Below, piece after piece: positions 1 to 9,764 of a DNA stretch of 20,000 nucleotides. This DNA comes from Cirrosporium novae-zelandiae. Lineage: Eukaryota. The stretch covers positions 915,974-935,973 of the forward strand of contig JAPETS010000007.1 of assembly GCA_026023565.1 (NCBI GenBank). The letters are read 5' to 3'. Position 1 is the first letter of the stretch. Each line of letters starts with the position of its first letter. A program made the position numbers and the translations under genes. The notes below the pieces were generated by a model, which saw only the letters and a program-made list of their open reading frames with translations, made no database searches and was not told the origin of the DNA.

Positions 1-1873
1 TTACTCCGTCCAGAAAGTCGATTAAATCCACTTATGGGGACTCGAGGTAGATTGGTTTGAGGTCTTGGGGGAAGGTTCGTATGTCGACAAAATATCAACC
101 ATCGGCTATCTCCGCCTAATGCCACAGCCGCCATGAACACATTGCAGGTCGTTTTCCTTTGAGAAATTTCTAGGAGAGACATGGTAATTTTCGGGTATTT
201 CTGATTCATTCAGATGTATTATCGTATGGATGGGTGAATTTGTGGAATTTTTCAATTGATTTTATTCCATCTTTAATCCCTTTCGCCTTGATGTTCTGTG
301 ACGCAGACCTGTTCCCTTCTGGTTCCCTTCTGGTTCCCAAGAGCTTATTCCACAGTTTGCGGACCAACGGGTTACGTCGTAGTGCAAATGCTAGCCAACC
401 TCGGTTAATGCTATCAGCATTACATCCCACGTCCGTAAAACACTTCCATCATGGTGGCATCTGATTCAAGGATATTCGTTGAGCAAAATGAGAAATAATA
501 GTTTCCCTTAGCTTCAATCCAGTCCGAATATCGAAGAAATGTAGAATATTCCGCAGCCCCCGTGACAATTTTCCTGAATCCTATTTAGCTACCTAGCTAT
601 CTCACCATCCTCCCAGCTTCATCGGATTTATCTTGGAGCTTGTTGCCATGGCTCTAGCAATAGCAAAGATTCCAGGAACTGCAATGATAGGAATTCTGCT
701 GGTCAAAGAGTCCTGGGTTGGAAAATGGTGGTACCTCCTTGTAAAGCTCATAGCTCATAGCTCGCAGCACACCCCATGGCACCCCACTCCATACCCCAAC
801 TTTCTACCTTTCCCGTCACACTGTTTCGGTGATGCCATCAATCAGAGAGCGGCCGTATACGCGGTTCGGTGCAAAACATGGCTATTTCGGTGCAACCTCC
901 GCTCTCTGCCACCCTAGCATATTGCTGGGTTACCATTCCTCGGCATAGTCTGTAGTCAGATCCATTTCCCCATTTCTGCTCCAGATGCTTGCCAATGGCC
1001 TTCCCCGGAAGGGTCATAATTGATCAAGTTTTTCCAATTGGCTTCGTGCCATTTGTATTCCCCTCACCGTTCCATGCCAGCTATTGTATATTGTATGCAC
1101 ATGGTACATGGTGTTTAGTTGACGGGATGGACAAGCCAGTTATATACCGCCAAGAGCCAACATGCTCACAATAGTGGAGAAAAGTTTCACTGGGTCTTGG
1201 AAATACTGAGTGCTGGGTTGTTGGTTAGTTAAAGATTCATCATGGCATTGCTAGCTGGATAAAAGGAATGATCCAACCCTGAAAAGATTTTTCATAATTT
1301 CGTCGCTCCAAGGATCGACCCGCCACCTTTAAAGGTTCCATGCTGCGGATCAGACAATTATAATTTACATGAATGTTTGAAAGGGTTAAAGTTTAAGAGT
1401 AACAGAATGACAGTGAAGAGAAGGGTAATGAGTTCGGTTATTGTATGCCTGAGGCTCCATATATTTGGCACATATCCCGACGTGACCGAAGTGGCCGAAT
1501 CCGATGGTTCTGTGGACCCCCCCCAAACCTTTTCTCAACGACAACCCTGTCTACCTGTATGATAAAAATGGACAGTTTTCCGGACAAGTTGCCAGCATAT
1601 ATTTACTCTAGCTACAGTCTTCTAGATCAACATAGCAGGATAACTTTCATCTTTTCTCCAGACCAACAGTCGTTCGATCCTTGGTACAAGTCCCAAGGGC
1701 CTAGTCGACTTCCTTCCAGCTTCTACGTTTGCTCCACTTGTTACCTTTTGCTATGGAGTTTTTACTATGGCCGTCTGCTCTTACCCTTTTCAGGGTTTAC
1801 GTATTGGCAGTCTCTTCGTCTTCTTAAATGGAGTTTAAGAGTTCTAATATTAGATACTATTTCATAGTCATCG

Positions 1874-1909
1874 AATTAACTATCTAATTAACTATCAAAT
1901 TAACCATCC
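1874..1909. repeat. Imperfect 12-bp tandem repeat x3 (AATTAACTATCT / AATTAACTATCA / AATTAACCATCC) in the leader of the orphan gene
   Basis: Read directly from the sequence, about 20 bp upstream of the ATG at 1929. Confidence 0.75.
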
Positions 1910-1928
1910 ACCCAAAAGGACTATCAAA

Positions 1929-2629
1929 ATGACGACCGAAGTTGAGGCTAAAATGGAGGCTCAATTTGAATGTCCGATATTCCAAGAAGCCGACCTGCTC
2001 CCTTGGCACCTCCACCTGACCGTCACCGTATCACCATTCAGTTTTCCGCACTCGGGATTTGTCAGATTTCTTCCTGGTTCTAAACTACCGAGTTTTTGAC
2101 CGATCCCCTATTAATTTGCACTAACAGCTAACCGGTATATTAGATATTCCAATTCTACCTATCTACTCAGTATCCGGAGGGCAAAATCGGGTATCTAAAG
2201 ATCTTACCTGAATGCACCTGCTTCCAGGACTGTGGTCCAACAAGGTTCTGGCCCCCTCCCTGGGCGGAACCTAACTGGATCTGCATGTACGAAATATCAG
2301 GGTTCGTCAATGCCAAGCAGTGGGAAAAAATGACTTTAGCTATGCATAACTCCGCCGTTCCACTCAAGCGAATGAAGAAGGTAGGCATGTCTTCGATAGT
2401 ATGGGCTGCGGATGCCCTAAAGAAGTTCGCGGCCCTAGGTTGCGTTGACCTCCGCGGGGTGGAACCTGAAGAGTACATTATGGAGCTGAAGGGATTCACG
2501 GAGAAAGAGATTTTGGCACCCCTTCGCTTAGGACAGAAGCCGGCCAGGGTTATACGCTATGATCTAACGACTTGGCTGATGGAGTGCAAGAAATCTCGTG
2601 CTGCACGTAACGTCCCTTTGAATTACTAG
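1929..2629 (+). CDS. Hypothetical protein of about 194 or 205 aa, 2 exons (1929-2027 or 1929-2060, then 2144-2629)
   Basis: ATG in good fungal context (TCAAAATG). Doubled branch-point motif CTAACAGCTAAC precedes acceptor TAG at 2141-2143. The frame is open from 2144 (IFQFYLSTQYPEG...) through ORF 2285-2629. Two phase-0 donor candidates: GTATCA at 2028 and GTCAGA at 2061. No family recognised with certainty. Confidence 0.6.
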
Positions 2630-3471
2630 ATGCTGTCGTTGCTGTTGTTGTTTGTCACCGTCACCGTTATGTTTATGGCTCTATTTCACGGGAGTCCTAT
2701 TAAACCAAGTCAGTCCCTTGATTCTTTCTAGATCAGGCATCATCTGCTTTTGCACAAAAACATTATCATGTTAGAAATTATAATTGAATAAAACCTCGTT
2801 TAAATTTGCTTTTCTAGGATACTTGAATCCAACCCAGTCGTGGGTAATTTGCTATCCCGAGAGAGAGGGAGGGATAGTTTTATATTAACGGGCATAGATA
2901 AATAAATTAGAAAATTAGATACAGAATAAATATTGATGCAATTAATGAATGATTAGAACTACGACATAGAGGGGAAAATATTGTGTATGGTAGATGACTG
3001 CTTGTTTAATATTGCTGTTGTCATGAGGCACTACTGGATGAATAGCATCTGGTGATATATCCTATCCGTTCTAAATACCTAGATATATAGCATCACCAAT
3101 CCTTATCTCCATTTCCATCTTCACCTCCATCCTCCGTACAAACCAATACAAGCAAACTACCACTACCACCACCATCTTACCTACCTCAATACTTGGTTAA
3201 AAAAGGACAATCGAAATCCAACCACAAATCCAACATGAAGAGAAGAAAAAGAAATAAGTACCAAGTCAAAAAAAAAATTTCTTATTATTTATTTTTCTAT
3301 CTTTCTGAAAAAAAAAAAAAAGAGGAATTGTGAGTAACTTTTTCCTTTCTCCCCCTTTTTTCTTCTTCTTTGATTAGAGAGATATTTATGAGGCGAAATA
3401 CGGAGGAGGAAACTTTGGAGGTTTGAAGAAGGGTTATACGGGTTTATACTGTTAAGGATATTTATGAGAGG

Positions 3472-3501
3472 TGTATAATATGTATAATGTATAATGTATA
3501 A
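3472..3501. repeat. (TGTATAA)x4 short tandem repeat in an AT-rich, homopolymer-rich intergenic region
   Basis: Seen directly, with a 2-bp interruption after the first copy. Confidence 0.8.
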
Positions 3502-4100
3502 CCCTCTCTCCTAACCTCTCCTTCCCTTTTTCCTTAGCTCACAAAATCACAACAAAATAACATAACATAGCATAACCCTACTCCCTCACTTATTTATACT
3601 ACTCTACTCTTCCACAACAACAAAATCACACAAACAAAACTTCCCAAAAACCAAAAAAAAAAAAAATAAGAATTAAATAATCAAACTATCAACAACGCCT
3701 TTACTTCGATTAATTAATTAATATCGCATCTACGTGTGTGGATAGAGAAGAAGAAGGGAGGAGCACTCTATAGAGCTATTGAGAATGGAGCATGGAGGAT
3801 AGAGAACGGAATATGATATGAGTATAGAGAGACTGGGAGAGAGTTGTTGGATATATACGTAGATGGGGATGGGAATAGGAATGAAAATTGAAATTGATAA
3901 CTCCCCTAATCCCCCTTACCATCCTATCCTATCCCCTCTCCCCACGCCCCAGCCCCAACCCCAATCTCAACCCCACCCAATAACAACAACCATAACAATC
4001 ATAACCATCATAACCCTCCCTCCTCCCTCCTTTATTACAATAGTCTCTCAAAGTCCTAGCTACTTCCTTTCCTTCCTCCCTACCCTTCCCCCCCTTCCCA

Positions 4101-4334
4101 TCAACAAGAGGTCGCATCAAGCGGGGCACAACAACAAAGTCCGGTATTCGAGTCTTCGATAATTTTATCCGTAGCTATGCAGATTAGATCGTCGCAGGGG
4201 TATTCCGGGTATGTCGTCGATGTCGTTGTCGTTGTCGAAGAGGCAGAGGTGGTGGTGTTAGCGGGGAGGGCGAGAGCGATTGTTGGTAAGGAGAGGATGA
4301 GGGGGAGAATGAAAGTGGGAGTGGAGAATTTCAT
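4101..4334 (-). CDS. Small secreted cysteine-rich protein, 77 aa, single exon
   Basis: Signal-peptide-like start MKFSTPTFILPLILSLPTIALA|LP, an N-glycosylation sequon NTT, a Ser/Thr-rich stalk, then six Cys spaced C-x4-C-x14-CCC-x7-C. AAAAAATG start context and a TATAAAA about 210 bp upstream. Confidence 0.75.
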   Translation of the reverse strand: MKFSTPTFILPLILSLPTIALALPANTTTSASSTTTTTSTTYPEYPCDDLICIATDKIIEDSNTGLCCCAPLDATSC

Positions 4335-4543
4335 TTTTTAGGGGGCTTTGTTTTTTTTTGTTTCGGTTTTTTTTTGTTTGGGAGACGTAGGTGGAAGTGG
4401 AGGTGGATTATATGGTTAGAAATTTGATTTGAAGGCGGAGTTGCACTTGTTGTACTTTGTTGGTTGTGGTGGTGGTAGTAGTAGTAGTAATATCCGATAA
4501 TCACCTTCGTATGTATGGGGAACAGTGAAGAAGAGAGGACCCT

Positions 4544-4550
4544 TTTTATA
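4544..4550 (-). promoter_or_regulatory. Putative TATA box (TATAAAA) for the small secreted protein gene
   Basis: Minus strand reads TATAAAAAGG, followed by a C/A-rich leader up to the ATG at 4334. Confidence 0.45.
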
Positions 4551-5325
4551 TTCCCTTCCCTTCCTCTCAAGTAACGTTAGAGCTGAGATTTCCAGTGGCT
4601 TAAAGATTTGTCTTGGAATATACTACACCGCTTGACACATTACGGGGTTAATATTATGGGTGAGAAATTGTCTCTGTCACGAGGTCAATTAGAGAGAAGT
4701 TGCACAAGAATAAGCCATGTGACTTTTGTTTTGTGGCTTTGGTTCTGGCTTACCCGCTTAGCATTCGAACATGCAGACAATAAAAGTGAATCATCATCAT
4801 AACCCGCTCGGCATTCGTTACTTCCCAAGTGTACTGTACCCTAAGTCAGTTAAGAAGTTGTCGGGAAGGAATATTCGTTTGAGAACGTCTCAGCCTTTTT
4901 TTGCTGCAAGGGAAATCAAATGAAAAGAAAGGATGACGTTCCCTGATGCTGGATAATATGCCAAGGGCCAAGAAGCTTGGAGGGCTTTCAGCTCGGAAAT
5001 CCAATCCTGTTGCCTGAACTTGTGTTTGTGTTCGTGTTTGGAGACATTTTTTAAAAAAGACCTTGGTTCTAGATATATAAGGGACAAAAGAAAGTAGAGA
5101 AAATTAGGGGGAGGGAATCAAGTAATAATGCGACGGGATGAAATATTTTATGTTTCGTCTTCTTTTCGTTGAAGTTGTCGTATTGATCGGATCAGATTGG
5201 TAATACCTATTCACACACACACAACATTGCAATCATCATCATCATTCACAAGTTTCTATCTTATTTCTGCTAATCTTTCATAACCTAGCGAATTGCCCAT
5301 TTGCTTTTATTTTTCCTTGGTTCAT

Positions 5326-7222
5326 TTACCGTCTTGGCATACCCCTTCCCCTGCCCCTTCCAAGCGCCCTCTGAGCGGCCCCCGGCGGCAATGGCTTATT
5401 GGGCGCCTCCGGCTGCTTACTCTCCTGGTTTCGGATTGTCTCGTCAACGCTAAGGATCAGGCACGCAGCCTCGGTGGCGCTGCTGACAGCGTTAACCTTG
5501 ACTAGGCTGGGTTCCCACACAAAGGACTTGAAGCAATCAACTACGGTCTCGTGCGCGAGATCGACGCCAGCCCATGTGTTGCCGCGCTTATGCTCGACGC
5601 GCAGTTTGTTGAGAATAGCGATGGAGTCGATTCCAGCATTTTCGCAGAGCTGGCGGGGGATTACTTCAAGGGCTTTGGCAAAGGATTTTATGAGGGGTTG
5701 AAGTTTCGTGCGAATGTGTGTATCGGCATAGGTGTGGAGATAGGAGGAGAGTTCCATCTAGGTTGGGGTCTTTGGTTAGTTTGCATCTGGGAAGATGGGA
5801 TCCAGGTAGAATTTACCTCGACGGCACCACCTCCAGCCACAATGCTGTGGTTTTGAATGGCACGCTTGACAATCATAATGGCATCATGAAGACTTCGTTC
5901 TACTTCGGCAATAAATTGTTCTGCACCTCCTCTTAGAACAAGAGTGCATGTCGTCGCGTTATGACATCCCTCAAAAAAGTTGAACCGCTCGCCACCAATT
6001 TGGCGCTCGTCGAAACGTTCACAGGTTCCTAAATGTTCAGGGAGAATATCCGAGCATGTTGATTGAATACTTGCACCAGTAGCTTCGCAGACACGATCGA
6101 GATCATCCGCAGCAACTCGCCCAGCACAGAAAATATCACGGTCAGCGAAATATTGGGTTGCAAGATCACCAATGGGTAGTTTGCTCAAGACAACTTTTGC
6201 ACCTGTCTTATACAGCGCCTCCATTTTATTGTAGATAATCTGCCATTCTGCATCCACGATAGCTTGATATTCCGAGACCTGCTCAACGCGAACCTCGGCA
6301 TTGTCTTTCTCACTCTTGAGTTCGAGCTCGACGTTCAGGCAAACAATTTTAGGATCGGTGAAACTTTTAGGCTGTTGTTCAAAACCAGCGTAAGAAAAGG
6401 TCTTCTTGAAGGCAACGCCATTAACAAAGAGGGAATCCTGAAGAGCACCACCAGTAATCTTTTTTATGCCAATCAATTTTTCGTTTAGGTCAGATTGGTC
6501 CAAGGAGAGGACAGCGTCAACGACCACTAGATTTAAATATGTTAATGGTGAACTCTTTATCAAAAGGTTATGGGAGATACAAACTTTTCGTAAAAAAATC
6601 AGAATTTCTTGATATCAGCTTGCTATTCATAGCCGTAGCAGCCAGCTTTCTTAGTGTGTCATATTTATTTCCTTCGTTCGTAGTGACTGCTATCTCGTTG
6701 ATCTTTTCAATGGCCATTGTAGATGCCTTTCTCAAACCCTTGATGATTGTTTGGACGCTGACACCTTGTTCTACGTGATCCTTCATCTCTTTGAGTATTT
6801 CACCCGCAAGGACTACGACAGAGGTGGTTCCATCTCCAACTTCTGCATCTTGTGATCGGGCGATGTCTGTGAGAACTCGAGCGGCGGGGTGGACAATATC
6901 AAGTAACTAAAGAAATGTTCAGCCTTCTAATCCACATGATGTACTCGAGAGATATACCTTCATAACAGTGGCTCCGTCATTCGTTATAGTTTGTTTTCCC
7001 TTGTCATCTACCAGAAGTAAATCTCCTCCATAAGGGCCCAAGGTTCCTCGAATAGTATCTTGAATGGCTATACAAGCATTGATGTTTGTAATAACCTGAC
7101 CTCTGCCTTGAGAAGCGTCGGTGCCTAGTAGCAGTTTAGCAATCTGGCCATGAGAAAGATGAGGACATATATTCACCCTCTTTGAGGACAATGATTGTGG
7201 GGGTTTGTCCTCCGAAGGACAT
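5326..7222 (-). CDS. CCT7: T-complex protein 1 subunit eta (CCT/TRiC chaperonin), 558 aa, 5 exons: 7222-7177, 7124-6958, 6906-6585, 6526-5817, 5757-5326
   Basis: Spliced start [22 protein letters not shown]. Chaperonin motifs [16 protein letters not shown] and VGDGTTS. Eta-type signatures [33 protein letters not shown] and [14 protein letters not shown], with a C-terminal [11 protein letters not shown]. Four GT-AG introns of 52, 51, 58 and 59 nt keep the frame (1677 nt total). Confidence 0.97.
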
Positions 7223-7653
7223 GATTGCGGCGGTGGACTGCGCTCAGAAATATTTTTCAAGGCAAAGTTTGTATGATTTCCAGATTACAAGAGTCTTTTT
7301 GAACAGTCTTCTGCCAGGAGGTGAGGAGGGGAGGGTGGTTGGCAGGTTATTGAAGTTATTGCGACTGATTATCCAAATCTCAAGTTTCCATCTCAAAAAT
7401 GATGGAGCTCCGCCTTCGGTAAAGATTGCCGGACCTCCAAGCTCCGCTCAACTCAACCCTATCACTATCATCGTCAATACATCACTCCCCTCCATTAATT
7501 TACAACAAGTCGAAATAAACAAGTTGCAACGACATGGATTGAATTCTGATAGAGGCTTTAAAGAATTGATGAACTCCCACCTCCTAAAAAACAAATATTA
7601 CAGATGAGATACTGAAAAAGGCTCCAAGTAGCATCTTGGCTTATCCTGTTGCA
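7223..7653. promoter_or_regulatory. Compact divergent (likely bidirectional) promoter region between CCT7 and the hydratase gene
   Basis: The start codons at 7222 (-) and 7654 (+) point away from each other with 431 bp between them. Confidence 0.6.
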
Positions 7654-8686
7654 ATGCGCCCACGGCCGTCATCATTCTTACCACAATGGCGATCCTTTCA
7701 GCAGCTACGTTCTAATGCGACGCAAGCAGCTCCCTCCCTAATAAACGTCAAGAATATCCCCGCTCCTCATCTAGGCATTATACGTATCCTGTCATTAAAC
7801 CGACCAAAAGCCCGCAATGCGATATCCAAGCAACTGCTTGCCGAATTGAACTACCATGTTGATTCTATATACGAGGAGAAGGGAGTTGGGACTACAAGAG
7901 CGCTGATATTGGCTAGTGAAGTGGACTCCTGCTTCTGCGCCGGTGCGGATTTGAAAGAGAGAGCTGGGTTTACGCAGCAAGAGTAAGCCGTTTTTGCTTC
8001 ATTGTCATATCAGATATCCCATACCATCTACCACCTTATGATGATTATTCATTTCATCTACCACTTCATAACCAAGACCCGAACCCCCCAATTAACGACA
8101 CCCACCAAGAACAACCCAATTCCTAACCTCCCTCCGCCAAACCTTCACAAACATCTCCAACCTCCCCATCCCCACCATCACGGCCCTCTCCTCCGTGGCC
8201 TTCGGCGGCGGGCTCGAACTAGCCCTAACAACCCACCTCCGCGTCTTCGCCTCCACCACCATCGTCGCCCTCCCAGAAACCCGTCTCGCAATCATCCCTG
8301 GTGCAGGAGGGACATACCGACTTCCCGCCCTCATCGGCATAAACCGAGCCCGCGATCTCATCCTCACCGGACGGAGGGTCTCCGGACCGGAAGCATATTT
8401 CCTAGGACTGTGTGATCGGCTGGTGGAGGTTCTGCCAGAAGAGGAGCTAGAAAAAAATAGGGGGAAGGCGAGGGAGAAGGTGTTGGAGGAGGCTGTGAGA
8501 CTTGCCAAGGAGATTTGTCAGGGCGGGCCAGTGGCGACGGGAGCGGCTTTGAGGGCCGTGGATCAGTGTGCCCGTGGCCAGGAGGCTGAAAATGAGGCTT
8601 ATGGTTCTGTGGTTGATACGGAGGATAAGCATGAGGCGTTGAGGGCGTTTGCGGAGAAGAGGTTGCCGGTCTTTAAGGGGAAATGA
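7654..8686 (+). CDS. Mitochondrial enoyl-CoA hydratase/crotonase family protein, probably methylglutaconyl-CoA hydratase (AUH-like, leucine catabolism), 301 aa, 2 exons: 7654-7982, 8110-8686
   Basis: Arg/Ser-rich, acid-free N-terminus resembling a mitochondrial presequence. Crotonase motifs LNRPKARNAIS, FCAGADLKER, AFGGGLELAL and LPETRLAIIPGAGGT (both catalytic Glu present), with a C-terminal AFAEKRLPVFKGK. Intron GTAAGC...ATTAAC...AAG (7983-8109) restores the frame. Confidence 0.92.
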
Positions 8687-9561
8687 AATAGTATTTGGTT
8701 TTGTAAGATAGGCAAGTTACTCTATGTAAGCTTCATTATGGATATAAAATATGTGGGTGAAGCACGGAATGAAATCGACGCCCTGCGATCTAGCGATCCA
8801 TCGGCCTATCAAATCGGCTTCATACATCCATCCCTCTTCCTTTCCATCAACTAAACCGCATCTATCCTCACATCCCACATCTCACATCTCCCATTTCCAC
8901 CCCCCCCCCCGCCCCAAAGCCCTAAAACACCACACTACACCTCTAGACCATAACCCCAATCACAATTATACCGTCAACCGAATAAACAAAAGAAGAGAGA
9001 ATAAAAAAAAGAAAATCGAGAGTTTCATTGATCTTTTTTTTTTGCCGTAGTTATTATTATTGTTATCGTTATTTTACTGTGGTACTGTATACTTTGAATA
9101 TGATATGGATATAGAGAATGAAAGGAACGTAGATGTTAGAACCTAACCCAACCCAACATTCTTTCTTACCCAACCTAATCAAAGGGGACATGCAGATATC
9201 TATGTATCCCCTAATTACTTTGAGCGGGATACCATACCCCAGTTGTTAGCTACACTGTCACAGCCCAGGGAAACAAGAAAAGGTAATTTAGGAAAAGGAA
9301 AGGGGAAAAAAAGGGGGGGGAGGGAATTGGTGAAGGTGAGTGAATGAGTGAGTGAGTTATTATAGAGACGGGATGGAAAATGTGTGATATATTAGGGCGG
9401 GGGGTTAGTCGAGTCGAGTCAGCACTGGTTAGGAATATAGAGAGAGATATAGACTAAAAGCTTCTAATTAAATTCTTTTTGAGGGCTATCCAAGTGCGGT
9501 ATTTACTTACTTTATTATAGGATGATAGGTAGGTTTATCCCCTTAACATCGAATTCAAATA

Positions 9562-9764
9562 CTCCTGAGCTGTCCCCGGGTGGCTACCACTAGGAGGGGA
9601 GATAAAACTGAAAGGTCAACGATAAGATTTTGAGGCTCAATATGATTGATTCAGCAAAAAAATTAATACCTAACTCTTGCCTGAAAATAGTAATCTGATC
9701 TATCATAATCCTTTGCATGACATCGCCCTACTAGCGGTAGCCATCCGGGGGACAGTTCAGGGGG
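9562..9764. mobile_element. Non-autonomous MITE-like DNA element (about 203 bp) with imperfect 42-43 bp terminal inverted repeats and TA flanks (Tc1/mariner-type)
   Basis: Left arm 9562-9603 is CTCCTGAGCTGTCCCCGGGTGGCTACCACTAGGAGGGGAGAT. The reverse complement of right arm 9722-9764 is CCCCCTGAACTGTCCCCCGGATGGCTACCGCTAGTAGGGCGAT. About 35 of 44 aligned columns match by hand. TA lies at 9560-9561 and 9765-9766, and the interior is AT-rich and non-coding. Confidence 0.72.

Noticed and set aside
1660..1700. GTTCGATCC resembling a tRNA T-loop/B-box
   Set aside because: The flanks do not form a T-stem, and no acceptor stem or cloverleaf can be built.
1..1870. Several short ORFs (206-430, 234-464, 633-917, 989-1174, 1377-1562, 1445-1867) and a minus-strand frame running off the left edge
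   Set aside because: No recognisable motifs or coherent splice structure, and several start at non-ATG codons. Treated as chance ORFs, although a gene extending past the left edge cannot be excluded.
3863..4570. ORFs 3863-4162, 3929-4129 and 4331-4570
   Set aside because: Low-complexity translations of skewed or microsatellite DNA overlapping or flanking the better-supported secreted peptide gene.
5293..7607. Plus-strand ORFs overlapping CCT7 and its promoter (5399-5701, 5551-5856, 7182-7607 and others)
   Set aside because: Antisense shadows of a conserved gene, with no independent motifs.
8038..8109. ATGATGA (C-box-like) in the hydratase intron, suggesting an intronic C/D snoRNA
   Set aside because: No downstream CTGA D box within the intron and no terminal stem.
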